A DNA stretch of 32,000 nucleotides from Pallidibacillus thermolactis (GCF_025660415.1 NZ_JAOUSE010000003.1:84882-116881); one strand, 5' to 3'. Positions 8,497-19,859 are shown, counted from the stretch's first letter. The notes: a model not told the origin generated them from the letters alone. Program-made: numbers and translations.

Positions 8497-9363
8497 TTAT
8501 GAAATCTTGTTAAAACCTTGTCCTAATACTTCAGCAGCATCAAGAACAATGACAAAGGCAGCTGGGTCAATCGAGCGGACAACTTGTTTTAAATTCGTAA
8601 ATTCCGATTGATCGATGACAACCATTAATGGATGACGCTCTTCGTCCGTAAAACCACCAAAAGCTTTAAATTTTGTTAAACCACGGTTAATTTCATGGAA
8701 AACTGCCTCGCGTACTTTTTCTTCCTCATTTGTAATGATAAAAACCATTTTTGAACGATTTAAACCAATTTGTACAATATCAATCGTTTTGCTTGTAATA
8801 AATAAAGCAATTAATGCAAAAAGACCTTTTTCGATATCAAATACTATAGCAGCCGATATAACGATTAACCCGTCGATGATGGCTACACATTTTCCAAGAG
8901 AGATGTTCGTGTATTTGGCTAATATTTGTGCCGCCAAATCCGTTCCGCCTGTAGATGCATTTCCTCGAAAGACAATGCCAATCCCTAATCCGACACCTAT
9001 GCCACCAAAAATGGCTGCTAACATCGGCTCCATTGTCCACGGTTCCATATCCTTTGTTAAAAAAACAACAAACGGTAAAAAAACAGTACCTAACAACGTT
9101 TTTAAACCATAAATATAACCAAGAATCAAAACGCCGGCAATAAATAACGGAATATTTAATGCCCATTGTACATAGGCGGGCTCCCAACCAAATAATCCAT
9201 ATGTAAGTGTACTAATTCCGCTTACACCACCTGAAGCAACCTCATTCGGTAATAAAAACGCATTAAATGAGATCGCTACAATAGAAGAACCAATCAGTAC
9301 ATAAATAATATTTTTAACTTTTTCATAAAATGGAATTTGTATGGTTTTTGCTCTTCGCTTCAT
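8497..9363 (-). CDS. YitT-family integral membrane protein with C-terminal DUF2179 domain, 288 aa
   Basis: Multi-TM N-terminal part with ASGGVSGI and STGGTDL motifs, plus a soluble C-terminal domain. Start placed at ATG 9363 (AAGGAG 7 nt upstream) rather than the longest ORF at 9492. Confidence 0.8.
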   Translation of the reverse strand: MKRRAKTIQIPFYEKVKNIIYVLIGSSIVAISFNAFLLPNEVASGGVSGISTLTYGLFGWEPAYVQWALNIPLFIAGVLILGYIYGLKTLLGTVFLPFVVFLTKDMEPWTMEPMLAAIFGGIGVGLGIGIVFRGNASTGGTDLAAQILAKYTNISLGKCVAIIDGLIVISAAIVFDIEKGLFALIALFITSKTIDIVQIGLNRSKMVFIITNEEEKVREAVFHEINRGLTKFKAFGGFTDEERHPLMVVIDQSEFTNLKQVVRSIDPAAFVIVLDAAEVLGQGFNKIS

Positions 9364-9506
9364 AAAAGAACTCCTTATGTATAAAAACTCGATTCCAAAA
9401 TCTATTCTATGTTTTTCCATATACAAAATCAATGAAAAGCGGTGGTTATCATCCCACCGCAATTTTATTATATACTCAAACGTCCATTTCAAACCGTTTG
9501 ATTTTA

Positions 9507-10608
9507 TTATTGTATTGTTGTACGTAAATAAGCATCAATAAATTGATCAATTTCACCATCCATTACCGCACTTACATTGCCTGTCTCCACATTTGTTCGA
9601 TGATCTTTGACCATCGAATACGGATGGAAAACATAAGAACGAATTTGACTACCCCAACCGATTTCCTTTTGCTCACCACGGATTTCCGCTAGTTTCTTTT
9701 CTTGCTCTTCAACTTCTTTTTGATACAATTTCGCCCGTAACATTTTCATTGCTGTTTCACGGTTTTGTAATTGAGAACGTTGAGCCTGACTAGACACAAC
9801 AATTCCAGTTGGGATGTGAGTAATCCGAACAGCTGAAGACGTTTTGTTTACGTGCTGTCCACCCGCACCACTTGCTCGGAACGTGTCAACTCGAATATCT
9901 TCCGGACGTATTTCTATTTCAATGTCATCCGATACTTCTGGCATTACTTCACAAGAAACGAAGGAAGTATGTCGTCTGCCGTTGGAATCAAATGGAGAAA
10001 TCCGTACTAAGCGATGAATGCCTTTTTCTGCTTTGAGATAACCATAGGCATTGCGACCTTGAATGGATAATGTCACACTTTTTACTCCAGCTTCCTCACC
10101 AGGTAGATAGTCCAATACTTCAACTTTAAAGCCCTTGTGCTCTGCCCAACGTGTATACATTCTTAGTAGCATGGAACACCAATCTTGAGATTCTGTACCG
10201 CCAGCCCCTGGATGTAGCTCTAAGATTGCATTGTTTTTATCATATGGGCCGTTTAATAATAATTGTAATTCAAATCGATTTAAACGACTTGTTAGTTCTT
10301 CTAATTGCTCTTCAAGTTCTTGTTTCATCTCAGCATCAGGTTCTTCTTTAATCATTTCATAGGCAACTTCTAAATCTTCATACGTTTCATTTAACGCATG
10401 AAATTCATTAACTTGATCTTTTAAACCATTAGCCTCTTCAATGATTGCCTGTGCCTTTTTTTGATCATTCCAAAAATCCGGCATCGACATAATTTCATCT
10501 AGCTCAGCAATTCTAGCCTCTTTATTTTCTAAGTCAAAGAGACCCCCTAAAATCTGCTAAACGTTTAGCTGTTTTTTCAAGTTCATTTCGAATTTCTGCT
10601 AATTCCAA
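9507..10608 (-). CDS. prfB: Peptide chain release factor 2, two frames joined by a +1 programmed frameshift (24 codons + 342 codons)
   Basis: TTG 10608 (AGGTGA upstream) gives [24 protein letters not shown], then an in-frame TGA. A +1 shift continues [22 protein letters not shown] into the 9507-10490 ORF, which carries SPF and GGQ (SGAGGQHVN). Confidence 0.93.
10533..10548 (-). promoter_or_regulatory. prfB autoregulatory +1 frameshift site
   Basis: Minus strand reads AGGGGG TCT CTT TGA C: an internal SD-like element, the slippery CTT, and a TGA followed by C, as in the classical RF2 site. Confidence 0.9.
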
Positions 10609-10958
10609 TGTAAATCACCTCTATCATTATTTATTCCTAACTTTTTACTATGTTAACAAAATACCCCATATTTTTATCTTGTCGAATATAATTATTTTAA
10701 TTTTCAACGCCCATATTTTCCAGGAAATTTTTTGACAAAATTTAGGATAAATTACTGTCGTTTTCGCAAAAAATCAATGCACTTGTTGAAATCAGTTTGA
10801 TTTTGTCGAAGGGACATATTTTCACACAAAAACAAATCCAGTTTGATCGCTAGACTGTTACACACAATGATCTTCAGTAAAGTTTGCCTATAGTCCAAAA
10901 AGAGGAGGAGATAGCCCCCACTTATTAAAAATTACACTGGAAATAAGCTATATAATCT

Positions 10959-13475
10959 TTATTGTGCTACTTTTCCATGACAGTTTTTATATTTTTTTCC
11001 ACTGCCACATGGACAAGGATCGTTTCGACCAATTTTATTTTCCACTCGAATTGGTTTTCTTTTCGGCTTTTGGTCGCCGTCCGATGAAGGAATGACTGCT
11101 TTCCCTTTAGCAACTTCTTCACGTTTCAAGTTATCTACAATTTGTGCCTTCATAATATATTTCGCCACATCATCTTTAATTGCTTCAATCATATGATTGA
11201 ACATTTCAAAGCCTTCTGTTTGATAAGCTTGTAATGGATTACTTTGACCATAAGCTCGAAGATGAATTCCTTGACGGAGTTGATCCATGGCATCAATATG
11301 ATCAATCCATTTCGAATCAACAGAGCGTAACACGATGACTTTTTCAAATTCGCGCATCTTGTCTGAACCGAGCTCTTCTTCCCTTTGATCATAAATTTCT
11401 TTTACTTTTTCAAGAATAAAGGAAATAAGCTCCTCTTGTTCTTTCCCTTTCAAGTCATCCAAGGTGACGACACCTTCAGGTAATAAATTACCGTGTAAGT
11501 AGTTTAACAATCCTTGTAAGTTCCAATCTTTTTGATCCGGTTCAGATGTAAAGGCATGGACATTTCGCTCAACAACATCTTTAATCATATTTTCAACAAT
11601 TTCTCTAAGATTTTCCGAATCAATCACTTCAAAACGTTGCTTATAGATTACTTCACGTTGTTGACGAATAACATCGTCATATTCTAATAGTCGTTTACGT
11701 GCATCATAGTTATTCCCTTCCACCCGTTTTTGTGCCGATTCGACAGCACGGGTAACCATTTTACTTTGAATTGGTTGGGAGTCATCCATTCCTAATTTTG
11801 TCATCATGCTCTTCATATTATCAGAGCCGAAACGACGCATTAGTTCATCTTCCATTGATAAATAAAATTGGGTTACCCCTGGATCTCCTTGACGTCCGGA
11901 ACGACCACGAAGCTGGTTATCTATCCGCCGGCTTTCATGACGTTCTGTCCCGATGACCGCTAAGCCACCTAATTCCTTGACACCTTCCCCAAGTTTAATA
12001 TCAGTACCACGACCGGCCATGTTCGTAGCAATTGTAACAGCACCTTTTTGACCGGCATTTGCAATAATTTCTGCTTCACGGGCATGGTTTTTCGCGTTTA
12101 AAACATTATGAGGAATTCCTTTTCTCTTCAACATTTGAGAAATTAATTCAGAAGTTTCAATCGCAACCGTACCAACAAGTACAGGTTGTCCTTTTTTATG
12201 CCGTTCGGCGATATCTTCTACAACCGCTCTGAACTTTCCTTCCATTGTTGTATAGATTAAATCTGGACGGTCTTCACGAGCTATCGGTTTGTTTGTTGGA
12301 ATAACCACAACATTCATACCATAAATATTGCGGAACTCTTCTTCTTCCGTTTTTGCTGTACCTGTCATACCGGCAAGTTTTTGATACATACGGAAATAGT
12401 TTTGGAATGTGATCGTTGCCATCGTTTTACTTTCATTTTGAATTTGTACGCCTTCTTTTGCTTCGATGGCTTGATGCAATCCATCACTGTAACGACGACC
12501 TTTCATTAAACGTCCAGTGAATTGGTCAACGATGACAATCTCACCGTCTTGAACAACATAATCCACATCCCGTTGCATGATGGCTTTAGCACGTAAAGCT
12601 TGGTTAATATGATGGTTAATATTTACATGCTGAACACTAAATAAGTTATCAATCCCAAAGTATTTCTCTGCTTTGTTAATCCCTTCTTCAGTTAATTGAA
12701 CGGTTTTTGATTTTATATCTACGTTATAATCTTCATCTTCTTTTAACCCATTTACAAAGGCATTCGCTTGAATATACAATTGGGTTGATTTTTTAAGAGA
12801 ACCAGAAATAATAAGCGGTGTCCGTGCTTCATCAATTAAGATCGAGTCAACTTCGTCAATCACAGCAAAGTTCAATGGTCGCTGAACCATTTGTTCTTTA
12901 TAAAGAACCATATTATCCCGCAAATAGTCAAAGCCAAATTCATTATTTGTACCGTAAGTTATATCGGCATTATAGGCAGCTTGTTTTTCTTCACGTGTTA
13001 ATTCATTTAAGTTTAGACCGACCGTAAGTCCAAGAAACTCGAAAATTTGCCCCATTTCGGTCGCGTCACGTCTTGCCAAATAGTCGTTGACTGTGATCAC
13101 GTGAACCCCCTTACCAGAAAGGGCATTTAAATAAACAGGCATTGTCGATGTTAACGTTTTACCTTCACCTGTTTTCATCTCGGCAATATTTCCTTCATGT
13201 AAAACGATCCCACCCATTAATTGGACACGGTAAGGATAAAGGCCGAGTACACGTCTTGCCGCTTCTCTTACAACAGCGAACGCTTCAACTAATAGATCAT
13301 CTAAAGTTTCACCTTTTTGTAACCGTTCTTTAAACTCATCTGTTTTTGCCCGCAGTGCATCATCACTTAACCTTTCCATCTCAGGTCCAAGCGCTTCAAT
13401 TTTATCTGCTTGTTTGCCTAATCGTTTTAATTCTCTTTTGTTAAAATCAAAGATTTTTTCTAAAATACTTGCCAT
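10959..13475 (-). CDS. secA: Preprotein translocase ATPase SecA, 838 aa
   Basis: DEAD-like motor motifs ([34 protein letters not shown]) and a C-terminal zinc finger [14 protein letters not shown]. Confidence 0.97.
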   Translation of the reverse strand: MASILEKIFDFNKRELKRLGKQADKIEALGPEMERLSDDALRAKTDEFKERLQKGETLDDLLVEAFAVVREAARRVLGLYPYRVQLMGGIVLHEGNIAEMKTGEGKTLTSTMPVYLNALSGKGVHVITVNDYLARRDATEMGQIFEFLGLTVGLNLNELTREEKQAAYNADITYGTNNEFGFDYLRDNMVLYKEQMVQRPLNFAVIDEVDSILIDEARTPLIISGSLKKSTQLYIQANAFVNGLKEDEDYNVDIKSKTVQLTEEGINKAEKYFGIDNLFSVQHVNINHHINQALRAKAIMQRDVDYVVQDGEIVIVDQFTGRLMKGRRYSDGLHQAIEAKEGVQIQNESKTMATITFQNYFRMYQKLAGMTGTAKTEEEEFRNIYGMNVVVIPTNKPIAREDRPDLIYTTMEGKFRAVVEDIAERHKKGQPVLVGTVAIETSELISQMLKRKGIPHNVLNAKNHAREAEIIANAGQKGAVTIATNMAGRGTDIKLGEGVKELGGLAVIGTERHESRRIDNQLRGRSGRQGDPGVTQFYLSMEDELMRRFGSDNMKSMMTKLGMDDSQPIQSKMVTRAVESAQKRVEGNNYDARKRLLEYDDVIRQQREVIYKQRFEVIDSENLREIVENMIKDVVERNVHAFTSEPDQKDWNLQGLLNYLHGNLLPEGVVTLDDLKGKEQEELISFILEKVKEIYDQREEELGSDKMREFEKVIVLRSVDSKWIDHIDAMDQLRQGIHLRAYGQSNPLQAYQTEGFEMFNHMIEAIKDDVAKYIMKAQIVDNLKREEVAKGKAVIPSSDGDQKPKRKPIRVENKIGRNDPCPCGSGKKYKNCHGKVAQ

Positions 13476-13839
13476 TCAACAACGCTCCTTTTAAAAATTG
13501 AAAAGCTAATGGTTTAAAAGTAATGGATTTATCTATGTCCAGCCCCCTGGGGCTCAATTATCCAACTAAAACGGCAAGTTTTCATAATGCCCGTTTTTCA
13601 TACCTTTTAATATAGTGACCTTATCACAAGACAAGTACACGTTGCAAAAAGACGTTCCATATTATTTAATATTATCACTAATCCACAAACAGTGACAACA
13701 ATACCACAACGATTTAACAAGTTTTTACAATTTATTATTCACATAATAAACATTAAATGTAGGAAGGTAATATATTATTTATAATGGATGTTAATCCATA
13801 AAAACCGCTATTGTGTAATGATGAACATTTGAATATAAT

Positions 13840-13874
13840 TAGAAAGGCAAGTGGACTTCTTTTTCCACTCGCCT
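13840..13874 (-). terminator. Rho-independent terminator of hpf
   Basis: Minus strand GGCGAGTGGA-aaaagaag-TCCACTTGCC followed by TTTCT. Confidence 0.6.
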
Positions 13875-13893
13875 CCATATAATCGCTTATTTT

Positions 13894-14436
13894 TTAAACT
13901 GTTTCGATTAGACCATAGCGTCCGTCTTTTCTGCGATATACAATGTTTGTGTTGTTTGTTTCGGCATCTGTATATACGAAGAAGTCGTGACCGAGTAGGT
14001 TCATTTGTAAAACGGCTTCTTCACTATCCATTGGTTTTAAATCAAAACGTTTTGCGCGGACAATTTCAATATCTTCTGTATTTTTATCTTCTTTCGTTAC
14101 AGCTCCATTAACAAATATATCTTTTTCTTTTAATTCTCTTGCTTTACGATTTACTCTCGTTTTATATTTACGAATTTGTCGTTCAAGTTTATCGGCTATA
14201 AGATCAATGCCAGCATACATGTCCTCATTTACTTCTTCAGCTCGTAATGTTAATTGAGATAATGGAATCGTTACTTCCACCTTTGTCCTTTTGTCATTGT
14301 ACACTTTTAAGTTCACGTATACTGTAGCATTTAACTCGTCATGGAAATACTTTTCTAATTTGCTGATTTTCTTTTCAGCATAGTCTCTAAGTGCTGGAGT
14401 TACTTCAATATTCTCACCACGGATGTTAAAGTTCAT
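13894..14436 (-). CDS. hpf: Long-form ribosome hibernation promoting factor (YvyD type), 180 aa
   Basis: N-terminus [23 protein letters not shown], with a C-terminal dimerisation domain ending [24 protein letters not shown]. Conserved position upstream of secA. Confidence 0.93.
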   Translation of the reverse strand: MNFNIRGENIEVTPALRDYAEKKISKLEKYFHDELNATVYVNLKVYNDKRTKVEVTIPLSQLTLRAEEVNEDMYAGIDLIADKLERQIRKYKTRVNRKARELKEKDIFVNGAVTKEDKNTEDIEIVRAKRFDLKPMDSEEAVLQMNLLGHDFFVYTDAETNNTNIVYRRKDGRYGLIETV

Positions 14437-14470
14437 ATGCTAACTCCTCCTTTTCGTTTCTATATATTAA

Positions 14471-14500
14471 CTATTCGTTAATTCAGGGTAAAATTCCTGC
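14471..14500 (-). promoter_or_regulatory. Candidate sigma-H-type promoter for hpf
   Basis: Minus strand gcAGGAATT-N12-aacGAATag fits RNAGGAWWW-N11-12-RNNGAATWW, about 35 nt upstream of the hpf start. B. subtilis yvyD is known to have sigma-H and sigma-B promoters. Motif match only. Confidence 0.35.
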
Positions 14501-14722
14501 AAATCCTACCGAAAAATTTGTCGAATTCTTGAACTTTATGCGATCTATAAGAAAAAGTGAGCATGTATGAAATATTGCAAGTCAGTTGTAGTGGTTAGCA
14601 TAGTATCTTTGCATATGCGATAGGTTGAACAAGTCGCTTGCAAGTTACACATAGAAAGTTCTACATATTTTGGATGATGTAAGCGACTTTCAATGAAATT
14701 TTTTCAATAAGTGACATCGACT

Positions 14723-15907
14723 TTAAATATAGCGATCACGACCTGCGAGAAAACCAAAGAAGGCCGTTAAAACACTTATACCCATTAAAGAAAAAATGGG
14801 GACAACCCATGCTGCTGTCAAATCAAATAAAAAACCAATGAGTAATGGCCCGAATGCCGCAAAAACATAACCAAGGGATTGAGCCATTCCTGATAGTTCC
14901 GATGCCTTTTCTGCATCTTTTGTACGCATTCCTAAAAAGGATAAGGCTAATGAAAATGTTCCTCCTAAACCGACTCCTATTAATATGATACTGATTACCA
15001 TTAGCCACCCCATTGTCGTCATGGAAAGTAAGACATATCCAATAAGACTACACGCACAAATACCGATAGCCACCATTTGTTGTGACCGAAAGCGAGCCGC
15101 GATAATAGGCACAAAAAAATTAGCAGGTAATCCGATTAATTGGCAAAAAGATAGAAACCACCCAGCTGTTTCCCTTGTTACACCTTTGTTATGTAGAATA
15201 TCGGGAAGCCACGTAATCGTGGAGTAAAATAGAAAGGATTGTAATCCTAAAAATAATGCAATTTGCCAAGCAAGGGAAGATGTCCAAAGGTTGGTTTTCT
15301 TGTTATTTAAAGGCGAATCTTTCCTTGTGACTGCAATTGGTTTATCAAATTTTAGTAAATAACCCCAAACAAGTATGGCAATAAAAACTGGAATAGCCCA
15401 AATTGCTAGTGTGATTTTCCAACCGAGGTTCATACCAATTGCTAATGGCACACTTAGTCCTGATGCTAAAGCTGCAAATAAACTCATGGAAGTTGTATAA
15501 ACACTTGTCATAAATCCAAATCTTTCCGGAAATTGATCCTTAATAATTCCTGGTAAAACAACATTTAATATAGCAATCCCTGCACCAATAATAAAAGTTC
15601 CAACGATCAGTGGAATGAAATGTGCAACGAGCCGCATCATTAAACCAATAAAAAGTAAAATTAATCCAATGATTAGAGTCTTTGAATTTGAAGTTTTTTT
15701 GACTAACCTTGGCACAATTGGAGATATGATTGCAAAGGCGATGACCGGTAAACTTGTTAACAACCCTGCTATACCATGGGATAAATGCAAATCATCTTGA
15801 ATGAAATTTATTAAAGGACCGACTGAAGTAATGGCAGGACGTAAATTAATAGATACTATGACAATTCCGATAAGAAATAAAACGGTATAGGCTAACACTG
15901 ATCTCAC
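14723..15907 (-). CDS. CynX/NimT-family MFS transporter, 394 aa from the GTG start
   Basis: 12-TM profile with INLRPAITSVGPL near the N-terminus, typical of the CynX family. Start assigned to GTG 15907 (AAGGAG 7 nt upstream). The 39-codon extension of the longest ORF (to 16024) reads through a non-coding repeat array. Confidence 0.8.
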   Translation of the reverse strand: MRSVLAYTVLFLIGIVIVSINLRPAITSVGPLINFIQDDLHLSHGIAGLLTSLPVIAFAIISPIVPRLVKKTSNSKTLIIGLILLFIGLMMRLVAHFIPLIVGTFIIGAGIAILNVVLPGIIKDQFPERFGFMTSVYTTSMSLFAALASGLSVPLAIGMNLGWKITLAIWAIPVFIAILVWGYLLKFDKPIAVTRKDSPLNNKKTNLWTSSLAWQIALFLGLQSFLFYSTITWLPDILHNKGVTRETAGWFLSFCQLIGLPANFFVPIIAARFRSQQMVAIGICACSLIGYVLLSMTTMGWLMVISIILIGVGLGGTFSLALSFLGMRTKDAEKASELSGMAQSLGYVFAAFGPLLIGFLFDLTAAWVVPIFSLMGISVLTAFFGFLAGRDRYI

Positions 15908-15957
15908 GAAGAAACTCCTTTCCAATACTTCTTTTGAAAAGTGTAGCGAGTTTGCTT

Positions 15958-16090
15958 TTCGCACAAAAATTAGATTTTTCGCACGTTTTTTTCGAAATTC
16001 GCACACAAAATACGATTTTCGCACATTTTATCAAGGTTTTCGCACAACTTTCCGGCGAATCGCACACTTTTTTATAAAAATCGCACAATA
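15958..16090. repeat. Seven direct copies of the core (T/A)TCGCACA phased at 20-21 bp
   Basis: TCGCAC at 15959, 15979, 15999, 16019, 16040, 16060 and 16081. The intervening 12-13 nt are A/T-rich and variable. The period is not a multiple of 3. Lies 50-180 bp upstream of the MFS start. Confidence 0.9.
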
Positions 16091-16284
16091 CACAGGCTCT
16101 CTAAGTGTAAAAACGGCGATTTCTCTACTTTTATATCAATTTGAACTATTTCTTCACAACATTCAACCGAATTTATATGTATTTTTCATGTTTTTCAAAA
16201 ATAAAATGTAAAAAAATATTTTCCATTACAATTATAAATAAAATCCACTTAAAACGGCTGCCACAATATCGAAAAAAATTGACA

Positions 16285-16315
16285 TAAAAAAAGAGACCGG
16301 TCCATGACCGATCCC
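16285..16315 (-). terminator. Rho-independent terminator of tkt
   Basis: Minus strand GGGATCGGTC-atg-GACCGGTCTC (two G-U pairs) followed by TTTTTTT. Confidence 0.7.
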
Positions 16316-16345
16316 AATAATGACAAATCCAAACTTGTACATGAA

Positions 16346-18349
16346 TTATTTGACTAATGCTTCCACACGACTTACCACATTTTCAACAGTGAATCCATAT
16401 TCCTTCACGAGGACATCACCGTTTCCAGAAGCACCAAATTTATCAATTGCAAGCACATCACCTTGATCGCCAACATATTTTTCCCAACCTAAAGAAGATG
16501 CCATCTCAATCGCTAGGCGTGCTTTAACACCAGAAGGTAAGACACTTTCTTTATAAGCTTCATCTTGTGCCTCAAAACGATCCCATGAAGGCATGCTGAT
16601 GACATTTACATCGATACCTTTTTCTTTTAATACCGCTTGAGCCTCAATAGCTAACGAAACCTCAGATCCAGTTGCAATTAACAACGCATCTGGTTTTTCT
16701 TTTTCACCTTTACTTACAACATAAGCACCACGTTTTACACCTTCATAAGCATTTTCTGCTGTTCCAGGCAAGGTTGGTACTTTTTGACGAGTTAATACAA
16801 GAGCTGTCGGTGTTTCTTTACTTTCTACAGCTAAACGCCATGCTGCTTGCACTTCGTTTGCATCAGCTGGACGGATGACAGAAAGATTTGGAAGCGCACG
16901 TAATCCAGCTAATTGTTCAATTGGTTCGTGGGTCGGACCATCTTCACCTACGGCAATAGAATCATGTGTAAACACGTAAGTTACTGGTGCTTTCATCAAT
17001 GCAGATAAACGAATAGCTGGTTTTAAGTAATCACTAAATACAAAGAATGTTCCACCTTGAACTTTCACACCACCGTGTAGAGCCATTCCGTTTAACGCTG
17101 CACCCATCGCAAATTCACGAACACCGAACCAAATATTACGGCCAGCATAGTTATCCGGACCAAAATCGCCTGCATCGTTAACATAGTTTTTATTTGAACT
17201 GAATAGATCGGCACTTCCACCAATTAAATTAGGTACTGTTTTCGCAATCGCATTTAACACCTTACCAGAAGATGCTCGCGTTGCAAGTTTATCTTCTTCT
17301 GCTTTAAATACAGGTAAGTCTTTATCCCATCCTTCAGGAAGTTCGCCTTTCATTACTGTTTCAAATTCAGCTGCTTCTTGAGGGTATTTTTCTTTATATG
17401 CTGCAAAAAGTTCGGTCCACTCTTTTTCAACTTTTTGGCCTGGTTCAACAATTTTCGCTTTGAAGTCATCATAAACTTCACTTGGCACTTCAAAGTCTGG
17501 ATAATCCCAACCATAGTATTCTTTCGTTAATTTAATTTCATCTTTACCTAACGGTGCACCGTGCACATCAGATTTACCAGATTTATTTGGTGAACCGTAA
17601 CCAATGACCGTTTTCACTTCAATTAATGTTGGTTGCTCCGTATTCGCTTTCGCTTCCTTAATCGCAGCACGAATCGCATCTAAATCATTTCCATCTTCAA
17701 CACGAAGCACTTGCCAACCGTAAGATTCGAAACGTTTCATTGTTTGATCAGAGTAAGCACGATCTAAGTCACCGTCAAGAGAAATATCATTAGAATCATA
17801 TAACACAATTAACTTACCTAATTTTAAATGACCAGCTAATGAAGCTGTTTCATGGGAAATTCCTTCCATTAAGTCCCCGTCACCAACAAGGGCGTATGTA
17901 TAATGGTCAACAACAGGGAAACCGTCTTTATTATACTTAGCGGCTAGGAAACGCTCAGCCATTGCCATCCCTAAAGCCATGGAAATTCCTTGACCAAGTG
18001 GTCCCGTTGTTGCTTCCACACCGTCAGTATCCGTTACTTCAGGGTGTCCTGGCGTTCTTGAGCCATATTGACGGAAGTTTTTCAAATCGTCAATCGTTAC
18101 ATCATAACCTGATAAATGTAGCAAACTATATAAAAGCGCTGAACCATGACCAGCAGACAAAACAAAACGGTCACGATCAAACCATTTTGAATGTTTCGGA
18201 TTATGTTTCATAAAATCGGTCCAAAGTACATATGCCATTGGTGCCGCACCCATCGGTAACCCAGGGTGACCGGAGTTCGCTTTTTCAATCATATCAATGG
18301 ATAATGTACGAATGGCATTTACAGATAATTGTTCAACTGATTTTACCAT
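16346..18349 (-). CDS. tkt: Transketolase, 667 aa
   Basis: N-terminus [22 protein letters not shown], the ThDP motif [12 protein letters not shown], and full three-domain length. Confidence 0.96.
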   Translation of the reverse strand: MVKSVEQLSVNAIRTLSIDMIEKANSGHPGLPMGAAPMAYVLWTDFMKHNPKHSKWFDRDRFVLSAGHGSALLYSLLHLSGYDVTIDDLKNFRQYGSRTPGHPEVTDTDGVEATTGPLGQGISMALGMAMAERFLAAKYNKDGFPVVDHYTYALVGDGDLMEGISHETASLAGHLKLGKLIVLYDSNDISLDGDLDRAYSDQTMKRFESYGWQVLRVEDGNDLDAIRAAIKEAKANTEQPTLIEVKTVIGYGSPNKSGKSDVHGAPLGKDEIKLTKEYYGWDYPDFEVPSEVYDDFKAKIVEPGQKVEKEWTELFAAYKEKYPQEAAEFETVMKGELPEGWDKDLPVFKAEEDKLATRASSGKVLNAIAKTVPNLIGGSADLFSSNKNYVNDAGDFGPDNYAGRNIWFGVREFAMGAALNGMALHGGVKVQGGTFFVFSDYLKPAIRLSALMKAPVTYVFTHDSIAVGEDGPTHEPIEQLAGLRALPNLSVIRPADANEVQAAWRLAVESKETPTALVLTRQKVPTLPGTAENAYEGVKRGAYVVSKGEKEKPDALLIATGSEVSLAIEAQAVLKEKGIDVNVISMPSWDRFEAQDEAYKESVLPSGVKARLAIEMASSLGWEKYVGDQGDVLAIDKFGASGNGDVLVKEYGFTVENVVSRVEALVK

Positions 18350-18523
18350 TTACTCCACTCCTGTCTTTTTCAACTATTGTTCCAACTTGCTATTAAGTTA
18401 TGGAAGTACCTATCGATTATACGAAAAAAGAAAAGCTTCCGCATTCTATTTTATAAAAAAATATTTCATAGAGCGAACATCTCTTAATATAGTATGTAAA
18501 AAAATTAGGATCTTAATCGATTA

Positions 18524-18564
18524 AGGAACAAGTACATGGAAACACGTTATGTACTTGTTCCTTG
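18524..18564 (-). other. 15-bp perfect-stem hairpin in the tal-tkt spacer
   Basis: AAGGAACAAGTACAT-N11-ATGTACTTGTTCCTT, 14 nt after the tal stop. No U-tract on either strand. Confidence 0.6.
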
Positions 18565-18578
18565 ATTATAAAAACGAA

Positions 18579-19229
18579 TTAATCTTTTTTCGGAACAGAT
18601 TTCCAGTCTTCTAAAAATTGAGCAATACCTTTGTCTGTTAATGGATGACTCCATAGTTTAGGGAATAGTGAACCTGGAATTGTCGCAATATCTGCTCCAG
18701 CAATTGCCGCCTCTTCAACGTGAGCAAGACTACGTACACTTGCTGTAATAATTTCCGTTTCATATCCGTAGTTATCTAAAACCGTTTTCAAACCATGGAT
18801 TAAATCCATTCCATTCGTACCAATATCATCTAAACGGCCAACGAATGGGCTAATATATGTAGCACCCGCTTTCGCAGCCATTAAACCTTGTGCCACAGTA
18901 AAAATCAATGTTACATTTGTTTTAATGCCTTCTTTAGAAAGAATGTTTACAGCTTCTAGGCCAGCTTCTGTCATCGGAATTTTAACAACAACATTGTCTG
19001 CCCATTTTGCAAGTTCACGAGCTTCTTTAACCATTTCCTCCGTAGTCGTGCCAATCACTTCAGCACTTACCGGGCCTTCTACGATACTACAAATCTCTTT
19101 AATGACTTCTTCAAAGTCTCTGCCTTCTCGCGCAATAATCGTTGGGTTTGTCGTTACACCATCAACTAAGCCAAGACGGTTAACCCTTTTAATTTCTTCA
19201 ATATTCGCTGTATCTAGAAAAAACTTCAT
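18579..19229 (-). CDS. tal: Short-type transaldolase / fructose-6-phosphate aldolase family protein, 216 aa
   Basis: [21 protein letters not shown] and KIPMT (Schiff-base Lys region) are typical of the approximately 215-aa Tal/FSA subfamily. Confidence 0.9.
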   Translation of the reverse strand: MKFFLDTANIEEIKRVNRLGLVDGVTTNPTIIAREGRDFEEVIKEICSIVEGPVSAEVIGTTTEEMVKEARELAKWADNVVVKIPMTEAGLEAVNILSKEGIKTNVTLIFTVAQGLMAAKAGATYISPFVGRLDDIGTNGMDLIHGLKTVLDNYGYETEIITASVRSLAHVEEAAIAGADIATIPGSLFPKLWSHPLTDKGIAQFLEDWKSVPKKD

Positions 19230-19364
19230 CTTCTAAGACCTCCTACAGTGAGCAATAAATTTGTGAAGAAATGCTCAGTTTCAGTATACCGTAAATTTTT
19301 GTCTTTTCCATTAATAATGATCAATTGTAAAAAATTTATTATAAACTTTTATGAAGGTCATGTA

Positions 19365-19859
19365 CTAATTACAATTTATTGAACCATCAATAATGGACTT
19401 CCCATCTGTAGTTAAAAATTGTTGTTCTTTTTCTACAATCTTATCAACTTTACGTTGGGATCCTCCTTGCCAACTTACACTTAAATATGTTTTTACAACT
19501 TTTTTCGCCACTTCTGAACCGATAATCTGAGCTCCCATTGTAATAATTTGTGCATTATTACTTAATTGTGCACGTTCTGCAGAATATACATCATGGGCCA
19601 TTGCAGCACGAATACCAGGATATTTGTTAGCAGCAATACATACACCAATTCCTGTTCCACAAACAAGAACTCCACGTTCCACTTCACCCTTACTTACACC
19701 TTCTGCTACTTGAAAAGCAACATCTGGATAATCAATCGCGTCCTTCGAATAACAACCATAGTCGACAACTTCATGGCCCAATTCTTCCATATATTTTTTT
19801 ACCGTTTCTTTTAATTCAAACCCATTATGATCACTTCCAACTCCAATCTTCAACTTCAT
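19365..19859 (-). CDS. RpiB/LacA/LacB-family sugar-phosphate isomerase, 164 aa
   Basis: GSDHNGFELK and VLVCGTGIG (catalytic Cys region). About 15 residues longer at the C-terminus than typical RpiB. Substrate not assignable from sequence alone. Confidence 0.8.
   Translation of the reverse strand: MKLKIGVGSDHNGFELKETVKKYMEELGHEVVDYGCYSKDAIDYPDVAFQVAEGVSKGEVERGVLVCGTGIGVCIAANKYPGIRAAMAHDVYSAERAQLSNNAQIITMGAQIIGSEVAKKVVKTYLSVSWQGGSQRKVDKIVEKEQQFLTTDGKSIIDGSINCN

Noticed and set aside
13535-13560. GC-rich hairpin AGCCCC-ctg-GGGGCT about 70 nt upstream of secA, as a possible terminator or riboswitch element.
   Set aside because: It is a short isolated stem with no U-tract and no flanking conserved structure that I can recognise. 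It is most likely just part of the secA leader.
15846-16088. 80-aa Cys-rich ORF, and the 39-codon N-terminal extension of the MFS ORF (up to 16024), both reading through the TCGCAC repeats.
   Set aside because: The 20-21 bp period is not a multiple of 3, so the apparent peptide periodicity is an artefact. There is no RBS. A good AAGGAG-N7-GTG start for the transporter exists at 15907.
15958-16090. Plasmid-type iterons, a replication origin, or a DnaA-box cluster.
   Set aside because: There is no rep, dnaA, dnaN or partition gene nearby. The core TGTGCGAA matches the DnaA box TGTGGATAA poorly. Only about 8 of 20 bp are conserved. The array is kept as an unexplained phased array, not an origin.
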